This document shows, one piece after another, positions 21,971 through 36,324 of a stretch of 58,824 bases of DNA. Location: positions 1 through 58,824 of the forward strand of contig MCFE01000554.1 of NCBI GenBank assembly GCA_002104905.1. The letters run 5' to 3'. The number at the start of each line of letters is the position of its first letter. Position 1 is the stretch's first letter. The notes below the pieces were generated by a model. The model ran no database searches. It worked only from the letters and a program-made list of their open reading frames with translations, and was not told the DNA's origin. This DNA comes from Basidiobolus meristosporus CBS 931.73. Taxonomy: Eukaryota > Fungi > Basidiobolomycota. Both the position numbers and the translations under genes were made by a program.

Positions 21971-23090
21971 TGTTGTAAGAGTCTTGGAGATATTGGAAGA
22001 TTGGGAGAACAAGTCAATCTTGTGATTTTCACTTAATGATTTATCAAATATAAAAGTAGTATTTATGCATTTACATTGTCTTGGCATAACAAACACATAG
22101 AATAGATTATGGAAGGTATTAAGTTCATGTGTGCAAAGTTTGGGGCTGTTTGAACAATTTTAAGAATTTACATGTTTTGGGTACCCAATATTTTGGTGAA
22201 AATATTCCAAGTAAATCCCAACAAGGATTTTGGTCAGTATTGTCTGGAATTTGAAGGTAATGATCTAAGTGGCTTAGTAAGGCTAGTATTTAAGTGGAAT
22301 AGCAAATTTCTAAGACACTCCCACTCAACTAAATGCTCATCCTGACTGGTCCTAATTTTGATCAAAATATTCAAACTTGTCTCTAGGTAATGGCTTGGTA
22401 AAAATGTCTGCAATCATTGCATTGGTAAGACAGTACACTAAGCTAACTAAGTTAATTTCTAAAGCTGCACATAAGAAATGATGTCTAATATCTATGCGCT
22501 TAGTTCTAGCACAAAAGTAGGATTTCTTCCTAATTGTAGACATTCTTGATTATCTTGAAATAAAGTAATAGGCATTCTTTAGCATAAGCCTAAATCCATA
22601 AAAAGCTTTCTTAACCACATTACTTCTTTTGTAGCTTCACAGGCTGCCATATACTGTGCCTCTGTGGTGGAAAGTGCTACTGTTGGTTGCGTTTGTGGTT
22701 TCCATGAATTTGCTCCTATGCAATAAAGAAAGGTGTTTTATGTGGTGGATCTTTTGTCTTTCATATTTTGTCCCCAATCAGCATCAGAAAATCACACCAC
22801 ATCCAGATCCAAACTGTAACAAGTGTATCTTAAGCAGATATCAACAGTTCCTTTCCAATATCCAAAAATCCACTTAAATGCTGCAATGAGATATTATCCA
22901 TAGTTCTGTTTATGCTGGCTGACAACTCCTACTTAAACAAGATATCTGGACATGTTCCAAGCTTGCTATGCATCAGATTACTAACTGTAGATTGATAAGG
23001 AAAGTCAGGGCTTTCAGATGGCACTAAGATCTGTTGATTTGGTTGCAATTTGACCAAGCTAAATCTTGTCCTCATTGGGGTAGCTGCTGA
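21971..23090 (-). mobile_element. Copia-A 3' fragment (RT end, RNase H, PPT, 3' LTR)
   Basis: LTR 21971-22317, PPT 22318-22328, ARTKRIDIRHHF in ORF 22352-22543. Homologous to 56898-58030. Confidence 0.88.
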
Positions 23091-23124
23091 TGTAGGTGCA
23101 ATGTCTTAAATACTAGACTGTCTT

Positions 23125-24161
23125 GAGTTCACATGAGTATTGAACAAAAAGTGATATAATTGTGTTACATTGTTGAAGGCTAATCTATTTGCCCCATGGA
23201 CAAAACTACTTGGATTCAATGCTGTAAGAGAAGAGATAAAAGACCATGTGGCTATTGTAGCAAGCCTCTCAGCCATGAAGCATACAGAGAGCATAGGAAG
23301 TATTACAAGGATCATGGCCAGTGTTTTGCCACACAAGTCATATTTGACCATTCATTGTTCAGTACTGTACCAACACTATCTTGCTGGCCTGTTGATACTT
23401 CTACATTGGCACCTGGCTGTCTTTATCACTTTGCACTAACTGATTCAGGTGAGTTTGTGACACCTTTAGGCTCACCTCAGCCTTCTGAATAGAGCACACA
23501 GAGTGAGAGCTCTGACAAAGAAGGTGTACTGATGGATTGTGAGTCTATCTCCCCTACAACAGTAACACGCCTGAGCCTGGTCAATTCCCAATATGCAAGG
23601 ATACAACACCCATTGAAAAAATGCAAAGGATACTTTATGGGGCCAAGTTAGCCCAGTAATGCATCCACTAGTGAATGATGTAATGCTGTGGCTAGGGAAG
23701 TAGTACATTTCCACTGATATCAGTGCTGGGGGCTTTGGAAATTCATTACAACTTCTTGCCAAAATCATTCTGGGATTTAACTTGCCATGTACATGGTATA
23801 AGTGGACAACCATCATGCAGCCAGCAACATACAACCAGCAACATAAAACCCAGAGACTGTCCTGATTCTAGCATGTATTAACAGTTGCATGGCATTCACA
23901 TCCAAAAATACTACTATTGCAGTGTGTTCAAACTGTTGGGAGTCCACCACCATTGAGGAGTACATTGTTCACACTCCAGATTTATCCCAGTAATACCCTG
24001 TCAAAGACACTTATGCAGTCCAATAAATATTGTAAGGCTATTCTATAACACTCCCAGTATCAATCAAGTGCAAGCATATCCATTATATTTGATGGCAAAC
24101 ATCACAAACAGCTAAGAAGCAAGGGCTATGCTGGAGGTATGTATGACCATGCCTTTGCCTT
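23125..24161 (+). pseudogene. EnSpm-like transposase N-terminal half, cut by Copia-B just before the DGF motif
   Basis: ORF 23196-23492 MDKTTWIQCCKRRDKRPCGYCSKPLSHEAYREHRKYY. Ends DGKHHKQLRSKGYAGGMYDHAFA at the LTR junction. Confidence 0.75.
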
Positions 24162-27100
24162 TGTTAAAATACTGAACTATTTGGTATTATTCAGCAGCTA
24201 AAAACTTAATTAATAATTCTAGACTACTCTTGGTCACTGTAGACTTGTTTACAGCCCCAGCTTTGCCAGTTTCTTCACATCTATGATCCTATGATTATTC
24301 CCCTATAGGTAAGATCAAGTTAGTACTTTTTACCAAACATTATGTACTAACCCTGAAACTGTTACAGAATACTCCTGAATGTTAAGAAGCCCTTCTTACT
24401 TGGTGTTACAACTGTATTACTTCTACAAAGGTATAAATACTGACCCTCTTTATGAATAAACAACAGTTCAGCTATAATCACTATATCTTGATAGGTTCCT
24501 TATATCCAAATCACTTCTCAAATTAAACAGGTTTAAGCCCTCATTGCCTTTGCCTATTCTAAAGATGACTTCCACCAGCAAACAGAACAACACAATTATC
24601 CTTGTTGTAAAGGAGAGGTTTGATAGGAAGAGCTAAAGACTTTAGAGAATTAAGATGCAGATCCACTTTGAGGAAAGAAAGCTTACAATATAGAGATAAG
24701 AAATGAAGTTGAGCCCAAAGGAACAGCAAAAGAAGTGGAGAAGTTACAAGAGAAGGAGAGAAAGGCATTTAGTGCTATATGCATCAATGTGCAAGATTCC
24801 TTCTTGGCACTAATCTGGGCTTCAAATACTGCCAAAGCAACATGGAAATCCTTAGAGAGAATATTTAGGGCAAAGTCAGTATCAAGCAAGCTTTATTTGA
24901 AACAAAAGTTCTTTCACATGATGAGGAAGTCAGATGATGACATGCTACAACTCATTACTAGAATGGAGACACCTGCAGAAGAACTTTACAGTATTACTGC
25001 TGGTGTAGATGATGACAAAAAAATACTCTGTCTGCTTTGCAGCCTACCAAATGAGTATGAGCCACTCATGCTTTCATTTATGTGCAGAGAATGCAATTTG
25101 GCATTAGACTTTGTCACAAGAAGACTTCACCATGATGAACTCAGACTTAATGATCATGCAGAGAAATTGCAGGCATTCCTTTATTCTGCTCAGAAAGGCA
25201 CACAGAAAAGGGAAAGCAACAAAACCCAAGCAAAACTGGTTGCTGTAACTACTGTAAGAAGCCAGGACACTGGGCTACAGAATGCAAGAAGAAACAAGCA
25301 GACAAGAAACAGCAACTGGAATAGGCAAACCATTTAACCACTGATGAACAGTTATTTGTAACTGTACAAGCAAGTGCAAGTAACCAAAGTATGAATGGTA
25401 CATTGACTCTGGAGCATCGCAGCATATTTCTGGTATAAAGGTGTGGGTCAGCCATTTAAAGACTATTTTTGTCAGAAAGGTTTATCTGGGAGACAACTCT
25501 GCACTGGAAGCTATCACCAGTGAGTCTACAATACTAAATATGAGTAATATCTCAGAAAATACAGCAGCAAAATTGAATGATGTACTCTACATTCCTGGCA
25601 TAGCTAAGAAAATACTCTCAGTCAGTAAAGCAACTGCTCGGGGACTGAAATTTGTTTTTACTAAGCCAAACTGCTCTATGTTGAATGAAAGCAACAAAGA
25701 TTAGCTTTGGGAATCAGAGATCATATTTTTACAAGTTACAATGCAAGATCATTGTACCTGAGTAAGCCAACATTGCTGAAACCAATGAAACTAATGGGGA
25801 GACATGGTATGGGAGGATAGGACACATTGGGGAACAGAAAATGAGCCAATTGGTGAAAAATGATCTTGTTTACGGCCTAAGTTACTCAATTCTGATCAAA
25901 TTTACATTCTGTAAAGGATGTTCACTTGGCAAACAAGCTGGGCAGTATTTCAAGAGCTTAGGAGGCATCAACACCACAAAAATACTTGCTATTGTACACT
26001 CAGACATATGTGGGCACATGAGAGCACTGTCCTTTGGAGCCAAGAGATACATTATGACGTTGATTGATGACAAGACAAGATATACATGGGTGTCTTCCTC
26101 AAGTCAAAGAATGAGACTTGGGAGATGCTTAAGCACCTCAAGAACATGGCAGAAATACAAACAGGGTGTATATTGAAGGTACTTTGAAGTGACAATACTG
26201 CTCAAAAGAGTTTGCAAAATACTGCTCATCTACAGGTATATTTGAACAGACCACTGTTCCACATACTCCACAGCATAATGGAGTAGCAGAATGTGCATAT
26301 AAAACAATAGTAGAGATGAGAAGATCTATGCTACATGATAAGGGAGTGGACTACAAGTTTTGGGCTGAATCTGTAACTACCACTGTATACATCAAGAATT
26401 GATGCCCAACAACAGCACTGCAAGATTCTATACCCTTTGAAGCATATACAGGCAAAGAACCAGACCTCCAACCCCCCAGGATCTTTGGCAGTGGTATCTT
26501 TTATCACATCCCTGACAAAAAATGCTCAAAGCTGGAAGCAAAGTGTAGAAAAGTGATCCTTCTAGGGTATTGTGTTGATACTAGAGGGTATAGATTGTAT
26601 GATGGCAAACCTCAGAAGCTAATCAAGAGCAGGCATATTGAAATAAAGGAGAAATCAAGTCACAAAGCCACAGGAATCATTGGCCAGCTGCCTGATGATG
26701 CAATCAACACTAAAGAAGAAAATGCATATATGTGGGTCTACAAGATCAAGATAACCTCATATGGTACCATTTTCTAAGTACAATCCTAGATGGGTGACTA
26801 AGGGCCACTCTCAGATCCAGGGACTAGACATTGACAAAACATTTGCTCCAGTTGCCAAGTTTAACTCCATTAGGGCAGCTCTAGCCAGGACGGGTGTACA
26901 CAGACTAGATTGACACCAAATGGACATCAAAACAGCCTTTCTAAAGGGGATTGGCTAGAAACTATATACATGAGGCAACCAGAAGGTCTTACGGATCTAA
27001 AAGGCCCCCATAAGGTGTGCAGACTCAGGAAATTGTATTATGGGCTTAAGCAGGCACCTGGAGCATAGTATAACAAGATTGACACATATCTGGAGGAGAT

Positions 27101-28282
27101 TGGGTTCCTTTGTAGTACTGCATATCATGGTATAAATGAAAACAGCTCAGAATAGTATGATCATCCTAGTTCCTCATGTGGACAACCCAATAATAGCTAC
27201 AGGTGGCCAGGAGGCTCTTAAACAGAGAAAATCAGATCTCTTCAGCAAGTTTGAGCTAATCTATTTTAATTGAAGTGAATATTGATATACCTACACAGAA
27301 AGCTGTGCTAAATCAGTCAAAGTACTTCAGGGACATTTCTAGATGCTTCAGAAGGAAAAATTGCAAGCCTGCAGCTAGCCTTATGGACAATAATCTAGAT
27401 TTGAGCATATCTGAGCCAGTTTTAGGTGAACACAGCTCAAATGTGGACCAAAACTTTCTCTATCAATCAAAGATTGGTAGACTGATGTACTTCAAGGTGT
27501 CTACACATCCTGATATTGGAGTGGCAGTTAGAATAGTCAGTCAATTCATGCAGAATTATAGTTCAGATCAACAGCAGTTAAGCAGCCTTTCAGATATCTA
27601 TAAGGTATAAGGCAAAAATATGAATTTTATAGTGATTCAGATTGTTGTAGACATTTGATTAATAGATACTCCACCACTGGGTATATATTTCTTTATGCTG
27701 GTGCAGCCATTACTTGATATTACAAGAAACAACCAGCTGTGGCCCTATCTACAGCTGAAGCTGAATATATGGCTGCTTGCCAAGCAACTAAGGAGGCTAT
27801 CTGGCAATAGAATCATTCAAAGACTTAGGCTTTAATTCATATGAGCCAACATATATTTAAAAAAATAATTAAAGTTGTATTTCATTAGCAAGAAATCCTA
27901 CTAATCATGCCACAACTAAGCACATAGATATACAACACCACTTTGCAAGGGAAGTTGTAGAAGAAAACTTAGCAGAGTTGGTATACTGTCCAACCAACAA
28001 AATGGTGGCAGATATATGGACAAAACCACTAGCTGGACCACAATGTGAGAATCTCAGAGAGGAATTGGGATCAAGAAATCATTTAGTTGAGGGTAGTGTT
28101 GAGATATTGGACTATTTGGTATCATTCAGCTGCTAGCAATTTACTTAACACTTTTTGACTAGTCTTGGTCACTGTAGGACTAATTTGCAGCCCCAACTTT
28201 GCCAGTTTCCTCCCATATATGATCCTGTGATTATTCCCCTATAGTGAACATCAAATTCACACTTTTTACCAAACATTATGTA
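24162..28282 (+). mobile_element. Copia-B LTR retrotransposon, decayed, 3' LTR interrupted by Gypsy-C
   Basis: 5' LTR 24162-24529 and PBS remnant GGTTTAAGCCC 24530-24540. Gag ATG at 24565, ORF 24735-25337. WYIDSGASQH at ~25395, WYGRIGHIG at ~25807, VHSDICG at ~25992. RT/RNase H at 26720-28085. PPT, then 3' LTR part 28097-28282. Confidence 0.92.
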
Positions 28283-31200
28283 TGTCATGATCTATTGCAT
28301 GAATGTATAAGTTAGTTCAGTTTTTAGTCAAATCAATTAGTTATATGCTTAGCTTATGAGTATATCAGTATCATCTATCAAATCTGTAACATTAGTCAGC
28401 AAATGAATCAGCAGATCCTTATCAGACAGAAATAGATATTTTAAGTAGGGTCCTGTTGGGTAATGATGATGCAAACAAATGAGCCATCAGCCACAGCCTG
28501 CATCAGGCAATACAATCAGTCAGCAATTGATCTGGCAAAATGTATATAAGGAGCTGCTGGAACCTTAATGAAAACATGCTCAAGTTTTAGTGAATACAAT
28601 ACTAGCTAAACTCCCTATTCCTCTACAACTCTTATACCAAGACTTGTCATCTTTGTTGCAGCAATAACCAGAAACCTCCTTCATGAGAAAGAAGAAGCCT
28701 CCCTCAAGATGTCCAAAAATCAAGAATGGAAGTATGCTATGTAGCAAATCCTGACCCAACAGTAACAGTACTCCAGATCCTTAGCCAGCAGCAACAAGGA
28801 ATGACTGCCATGGCCCAAAGCCAGCAAAACCCTTCCAGGAGCAACCTTAGTGTGAAGGTCAACTGGTGCCATGGTAGAGTCAATGTAAATCTGGGAACTT
28901 GGCTCTTTCAGATTGAAGAAGCTTTCAAGGCTGGGGGAATTGCTCTATAAAGCAAGTTACATTGTGCAGCCTCTTGCCTGTCCGATACAGCTTTACAGTG
29001 GCACCACAACAAGATCAAGTCAGCCACCATGATGGGGTGCTCTACAATCTCTACCTGGGATAAGTTTGTGTTGGAAATTCAGGATGCCTTTGAACTCCCA
29101 CACAAACAGACACTACTAAGAAGAAAGTTGAAGACAATCAGAAATACAGGAATGGTCCATGAGTACAGCTATGAATATAGATGTCTACTTAGACAAATTG
29201 AAAGAATGGACCGCTGGTTCTAGTTGAATACTTTATTGATGGGTTGAAAGAAAGAACTTGAAAGGAAGTGAATTATCAAAGACCTCAGACTATCAAAGAA
29301 GCCATCAAGATTACCATTGAATATGACTCAGCTATGTTTGGAGTTGGAAAGCCCACAATGACTAATCAGTGAGGCTACCATCACTATGAAAGAAGACAAT
29401 CAGAAGTAGTGCCAATAGAAATATATGCTATGCAGAAGAATCCTACCTCAGAAGAATGTAAGTAGTAAGGACATTACTTTAATTTCCACCAGCAGAGACT
29501 TATTGCAAAGTACTGCCCTCAGAGAAGGAATGGACACCAGCCATCAAGAACCTTTAACCGTATTGAGGCCATGGAGCATAGTAACATGAAGGATGAACTT
29601 GAAGAAGACTCAGAACTCACCTTCCACATGACAGAAAAATACCTATCCAAGAAGACCTCAAACTCAGGAAAGCTATTATACCTGAATGCAGAATATTCAA
29701 CAGAGTACCTGCCAAGAGCATGATTGACTCAAGACCATTGTATGAGTACAGGTCAGAGCAATTTTCTTTGAAAGCTGGAATCAATTTGGAACCCACCAAA
29801 TCAACTTCAGTTTCAACAGCTGATGGGAACTCTCACATAATCAACTGTATTACGCAGCCAGCAAGGATGAAGATCAACGATTATGAAGAAGATCTACAGG
29901 CCCATTTATATGGGAACTGCAAGTTTGACCTTGTATTTGGGAAAACCTGGCTATTTTGTAGTAATCCATGAATCAACTGGAGAGCCAATGCTACTCAGAT
30001 CCCGAAGGACAACAAGACCTATGAGCTATTACCTGCCAGACTGTATTTTAACTTAGTCAATTCCAGTGTGTGTGAGACAAGTGAACTTAGCAAGACACAG
30101 TTCTGTAGTGCACTACAAAAGGCACTCATATGCTCCTCATGGCAGTTTTACAGAATGATTCCTCTCCTCCAGTACACCAGAAGGTCCAGACTGTTTTGAA
30201 TGAATATTCAGACGTATTTCCAGATGAGCTTTCAGGCCTTCCACCAGTCAGAGACATGGATTTTGCCATTGAAACCTGAGATAGCCCTCCAGTGAGTAAG
30301 ACACCTTACATAATTAACTTGTTCTGTTGGATAGTGCCACATTGAGCTATGAGTGCCAAATGATGCCATAGTCTGCCAGTGAGGCCATGTGAACCTATAC
30401 TTGGCTGCAGAGTGTGAAGTATAGCTCTGCATCTTCATGCAAAGCAGCCCCTGTGTTTCACCTATTGAGTTGGATAAAATCCATTTTTTGACATTTTTTT
30501 GTGGATCAATGTTGAGCAGTATGTGTAAGAGCACAGAACTGACAACATGCATCAGGTACTCAATACCCATGGCACTCTGAATCAAGCTCCTGTGGCTTGT
30601 AACATGTCACAAAATTGCATGGCACTATCTTGGTCCACTGGTACTATCTGGGACTATATTTAGTTATTAGCCCTAATGTAAGATCTATACACGGTACTTC
30701 TTGTGCCAGATAGTACCTATCCTGCACATCATTGACCTAAAAAGAAGGTCAAAAAATAGATTTTCTCCAACTCAATAGGTGAAACACAGGGGCTGCTTTG
30801 CATGAAGATGCAGAGCTATATTTCACCCTCTGTGGCCAAGTATAGACTCCCTTGGCCTCCCTGGCACACTATGGCATCATTTGGCACTCATGGCTCAATG
30901 TGGCACTATCCAACAGAGCAAGTCTAATGAGTCCATTGAAGTAGGAAGTGATAAAGAGACAAATAGATCAGTCACTGGAGCAAGGATATATCAGACCCAG
31001 CAAGTCACCTTGGGGAGCACCAGTACATTTTGCAAAGAAAAAGGATGGAAAACTTAGGATGGGCATGGACTACAGAGCCCTCAACCCAGTTACCGTGAAG
31101 AATAAGTACATCATGCCTCGGATTGATGAGCTTTTGGACCAACTTGTTGGAGCCACTCTATTCAGCAAGATTGACCTCATGTCAGGACACAATCAGATTA

Positions 31201-32878
31201 GGGTGTAGCCACAAGACATCCCTAAGACAGCATTCAGGATCAGATATGGACATTACAGTTACTTAGTCACAAGTTTTGACCTCACCAATGCCCCTGCAAC
31301 ATTCATGACCATGATACAGACTGACTTCCCGGAGTACTTAGACAAGTTTGTCATAATCTACCTAGATGATATATTGGTTACAGCAAGACAGAAGAGGATC
31401 ACTTGGTGCACATTGAAAAGGTCTTGAAGAAGCTAAGAGAGAACAAACTTTATGGCAAGCTAGCCAAGTGTGAATTCTTCAAGGAACATGTTGAATATTG
31501 AGGACACATAGTGACTAGCACAGGAGTAACCTTAGACCCCAACAAGGTTGAAGCTATCAAGAATTTGAAGCGGCCCCATAGCATATCAGAACTCAGATCA
31601 TTCCTTGGAATGGTTTCCTATCATTGGAGATTTGTCAAGTCTTTTGCAAGTATTGCAGCCCCTTTAACTGATATCCTCAAGAAAGACAATGCCTACAAGT
31701 GGGACATAGCTTGTGAGACTGCCTTCCAGACGCTCAACAATGAACTTGCTAAGCTGCCAAGCTTAAGAATACCAGACTTCAGCAAAGAGTTCACTCTGTG
31801 CACAGATGCTTCATATTATGCAATTGGTGGAGTGCTGAGCCAAGAACACAAGGGAAAGGACTACCCTGTTGCCTTTGAATCCAAGAAACTGAACTCAGCA
31901 GAACAAAACTATCCAGTCCATGAGAAGGAGATGCTTGCTATAATACACCGTTTGAAGACATGGAGATACTATATTGAAGGAGTCAAATGCACTGTGAAGA
32001 CTGACCATGCCTCCCTCAAGTATATATTTACTCAGAAGGTACTCTCCAGAAGAATGACAAGATGGAGTGAATACATTCAGCAATTTGACCTGGAGATTGT
32101 CTACTGCCCTGGAAAAAAAAACACGGTTGCTGACGCCTTATCAAGATTAGATCAAGTTGCACAACTCAACTTGGTGCATGAATCAGATTGGCCTAGCCTA
32201 TTCCTAAAGTACTTGGAGGACCAAGCCATTCCTAATGAGGTGGATGAAGATATCAAGAAGATAATCCGTGATGAAGCCAGCAAATTTGTAGTACAGGTTG
32301 AAACACTCTACCAATTTGTTGATGGAAGCCCTATTGCCTATTGACCTTATGTTTCTTGCCTGGATTTCATACATAAGCTACACAATGGATATGGACATCT
32401 TGGGATTGAAGGAACCTATAGCCTTGTCAAAGCCAGAGCATGGTGGCCCAGAATGAATCAAGATATTGAGAAGCTAGTGAAAACATGCCAAAACTGCCAA
32501 ATCAATCAAGGCCAGCCACAAAGAATTGCCCAACTCTTCCCTTTGGAGCCTGTAAGACCATTTGAGAGATGGGGAATTGACTTTATTGGAAGACTGCCAA
32601 CTACCAGGAAATGCAACCATTGGATCCTAGTAGCAATTGACCATGCCACTAAATGGCCAGTTGCTAAAGCTGTACCAATAGCCAGTGAACAAGAAGTTGC
32701 AAGTTTCATATAACATGAGATCCTTATGAAGTTTGGATGCCCTTGAGAGATTTTATCCAATAGAGGTGAAACCTTGATGTCAAAGACATTGGAAGCTTGC
32801 ATGGAAATGCAGCAGATCAAATGCATGAAAATCTTGGCATATCACCCCACAACCAGTGGAGTCACTGAACAGTTTAAT
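28283..32878 (+). mobile_element. Gypsy-C (Tf2/Ty3-like) element, 5' LTR to integrase core, 3'-truncated
   Basis: LTR ~28283-28651 is homologous to 39803-40171. Gag-like WLFQIEEAF at 28726-28950. [20 protein letters not shown] at 30948-31208. RNase H ORF 31511-32344. Integrase WGIDFIGRLP at 32453-32713. Confidence 0.9.
30315..30925. mobile_element. Foldback (long-TIR) non-autonomous element, 611 bp, right arm partly deleted
   Basis: AAT|TAACTTGTTCTGTTGGATAGTGCCAC...GTGGCACTATCCAACAGAGCAAGTCT|AAT. Excision restores RT-start KTPYIMSP. Homologous to 53843-54576. Confidence 0.9.
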
Positions 32879-33011
32879 AGACTTGTTCCATTGGATAGTG
32901 CCACATTGAGCATGAGTGCCAAATAGTGCAATTGTGTGCTGCAAAGGCATAGCAGACCTATACTTGGCCACAGAGTGTGAAACGTGACCCTTCATTTTCA
33001 TGCAAAGCAAC
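32879..33011. mobile_element. Single truncated arm of the foldback family
   Basis: TTTAAT|AGACTTGTTCCATTGGATAGTGCCACATTGAG, inserted in the integrase (EQFN). Confidence 0.85.
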
Positions 33012-33411
33012 CAAGAATTGCTGTGATGCCTTGAATTTTCTAGAACTTTGTCATTTGTATTCACTTACAATCTGGAAAAGTACCTAAGGGAAGTCAATTC
33101 CTCATCAATAAACCATCCCTTTTATCAGTTGCACTTCAACCTTATTGATTAGCAGGTGATCACTGCTTCTCCCTTTAACAGTTACACCTCAGACTTGCCA
33201 TCAAGGAGCTTTTCAGTGTAGTGCACAGGACACGCAGAGGCCTTTGAAGACACTTGGAGCATCTAGGAAGCTAGAGAAACAGGAGCATTTACCATGGTGA
33301 CATATTGACAAAGACACCAGCAGCTTAGACACAGAGGTTATTACTCACATCAGACACCTCATACACCTTGAGTTGTGTAGCATCTCCCAGAAGTAACTCT
33401 ACACACCGACA
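33012..33411 (+). repeat. 3' half of a diverged family-D LTR
   Basis: Colinear with ~6410-6810 (e.g. CTTGGAGCATCTAGGAAGCTAGAGAAACAGGAGC...GACAAAGACACCAGCAG). Confidence 0.85.
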
Positions 33412-33544
33412 ATGCTGTTGTGATCCCATTATAAGAGTGTTAAGATGATCACTAATATAAGGCTGCTAAGATGGTCTCTAAATGGGATCCTAATGGCTGA
33501 TCTGGATTGGATCCACCTGTAGGGTCAAATTATTTGTCATTGGG
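33412..33544 (+). mobile_element. EnSpm-like right terminus (third copy)
   Basis: GATCTGGATTGGATCCACCTGTAGGGTCAAATTATTTGTCATTGGG matches 2659-2703 and 18718-18765. Confidence 0.6.
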
Positions 33545-34352
33545 TTAACAACAAGAAAACAGCTGTTTTTGCAAGAGTTGAAAGTATAGGCAGTTGAACT
33601 ACGCTCCAGTGAGGTAGATGAGTATGTGGAGGAAGGCAATTTGCGTGCTACAGCCTCCATGTTGTTCATTGTTGACTGAGTGGAGATCCCACTTACAAAC
33701 AAAATAACAATGTCAACAACTCACAAGGTTATCACAATGCCTTCAGTGGAATTTTGGAACATTAATGGGCACCAAGAGGTTACAGCACTTGTTCAGAGCA
33801 GTGTTCAAGAAAATCCACCTGAATGTTGCAAGGATTTATTGCAATGACTAGCAGATGAGGTGCTAGACCTTGCAGTGCTGGCTGAAGACCAGGATGTATG
33901 GGAACCTGCAAATGAACAGTTGCATAAAGCCATAGGGCTCCTGCCAAAGTCATGGATACAGAGCATTACAGCAGTAATATGTATTGAGTGGTGGAATTCA
34001 ATGAAATTACTTGTTAAGTGTGAGATTGGGCTCAATGTTACTGTAGGGTATGGGGACTTGTATAGTTCAATAAAATAGGCAATTGAGGTACGACTGAAGT
34101 TTTAACTTAAATAAATCAATCTGCATGCACAAAAAGTACAAGAAATGGTTGAGTCAGGTAGTAAGAAGTGCAAGAAAGATGCTATAGCCAATCAATGCAC
34201 ACAAACATAGAAGGTGATAGAGTTCCTGGGAGCAGAAAGTGAGAAAATTGGCAGAAACCAGTCAAAAGCCACTTTTGTATTGCTGTAATGAAAAATTTTG
34301 ACAAAGTTTTTTGTGAAATCTGGGGTGAAATTATTTTTTTAAGTTGTGTCCT
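33545..34352 (+). mobile_element. EnSpm-like ORF2 3' end and left subterminal region
   Basis: Inverted homolog of ~2885-3700 and direct homolog of 45120-45515. Confidence 0.7.
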
Positions 34353-34354
34353 TT

Positions 34355-35400
34355 CCTTTAGCATTAGCTGCAAATATAGTTGCAGTTGGACATACTTCTT
34401 AATTACCAGCACATATACCTAATATTTTCCTCTTGCCAAACAGAATGGCAATTCCAACAACTGCATATGGTATTTTTTTCTCCAGAGAGCATCTTTGCAA
34501 TACAAAATATTTTTACAAGATACATCTTTGTTGCAGCTAAACATTACCAGCAGGGGTGTACCAGTGCTCTCTGAGCATTTAGCTGAATTTGGCAAATATA
34601 GACTAAGGTGCATTGCTCTTACTTTCAGTGCTAAGGGTTCTCTTCTCCTACACATTTAGGAGAGCACTCCTCTCCTTCAAGAAATTGCAAGGGCCTCTTT
34701 ATTGAAGCAGTATGTTGGCATTCATATTCTAGACTTGGTAGCTAGATTGATGAAGCTTTTCACTACAAGGACAATACTTGTAAAAGTCATGGTGGAAACT
34801 ACAGAGAAGTACAGATTAGGGCTCATATACAGCTATAAGAGTTGGAGAACATACAAAATAACTGGAATTATATAATACATGGCTCTCAGTCCATGACTTG
34901 CTGAAAATGAAGGTAGTATTAATACTTTACATGTCTCTGACAAAACAAATCTGTACAATATGCTTGTTAGGACTCTAATAGTATGTCTACAAAGTTTGGG
35001 CTGTTTGGACACCTTTGAGACATTTCAGGTTCTAGGTATCTGTCATAATGATGACAATATTATAAGCAAATCCTGAAGAGGGGTTTGGTAGGAGATTGCT
35101 AAGATTCAAAGGTAACAGTTATAGCAACTAAATTAAGGTCATAATGTGAAGGGTTTTGGTAAGACTGGAAGTGATTAGGAGAAATAGTAGATTATATGGC
35201 TGCCACATCATTCCTTGTTGAATGTCAGAGTGGTGTTTATACCATTACAAGATCTTAGTATGATAAGGACATTGAGTATGCTTGGGAAGGTCCCAAGTAA
35301 ATGTGAGCAAAATTTGGGGTGCTATGGAGAGCATTGAGAACTTTCATATGCCAAGTACCTCACTCTATGAGAGAAATTATGATTATTCCATTAAAAGGCT
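34355..35400 (-). mobile_element. Old Copia-A-related 5' fragment (gag, PBS remnant) plus two decayed LTR-like segments
   Basis: Minus strand aligns with gag at 51367-51830. PBS remnant GTATATGAGCCC at 34819-34830. ~34831-35150 and ~35160-35400 each resemble the Copia-A LTR. Confidence 0.55.
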
Positions 35401-35529
35401 GTTACCAAAGTTAAATTGTATGACTAAGAGGTATTGATGCCATCAGGACACAGTGCAAAGACTGCAGAAAAAACTGCACCTCAGTGTGTGTCTAAATGAA
35501 GAATAGAGAGGCTATAATAGCAAGTAATC

Positions 35530-36320
35530 TTTCCCTACAAACTCATCTTCCTCACTATATTTCTGCACAACTAGCTGCACTGCCAACTATTGAGAAGACT
35601 GCTGTTGACTTTTAGGTAGATATTCTTGTCCATTGTTGGATTCAGCCTGTTCTTGGCAGAAGGCAGTAATTGGTAAGCAATGCAGCTTCTCTCTTGTGCT
35701 TTGCTGTTTCCAACAATGGTAGTCATTTTTCCCTTTATCTTTATCTTTATCACTGTGAGGTCTTCCACTCCTAGTATGATCAAGTACTGCTTGTTTTATA
35801 CTGCATTTTCTCCTTGATATATGATGCATCAGAGCATGCATTACTACCTGCTGGAGCCCCACCAGCACTCTTCCAGCTGTCTGTCATTACTTTGCCAATA
35901 CTCCTGAGCTTTGAACCCTACATGTGATGGGGCCTTGAAGAAGCTGTTGGCTTTCAGTCATACTGCCCTTGTTGCTCTGCCTTTTATACTTTCCGCTAGT
36001 CTTGAAATACTTTCTTAGCATACCAATGCTGGCTCAAAATCACTTTGCTCATTGAGTCTTGAATAATCCTCTTAAAATGTATCAATTGTGTTCTGCCTGG
36101 CCTTGAGTGTTTTATGGTCCCATAGTGTGCCAGCCTTGTTGTGCTGGTGTGCTAAACTATATAAGTCATCTTGAACAACAGCCCACTCTTTATCATTGCA
36201 CTCAAATGTTGACAGATCATCAATGTCTTTTACTTATTGGACTTAAGTATAGATATTGAATCCCCTCCCTCCCATGCAATGATAAATTTCTTGATGGCAT
36301 TTATCCTTGGTGTCTAATGT
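35530..36320 (-). pseudogene. EnSpm-like ORF2 fragment
   Basis: Direct homolog of ~3600-4620. FECNDKEWA and FEPALVC*ESISR on the minus strand. Confidence 0.65.
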
Positions 36321-36324
36321 GGCA

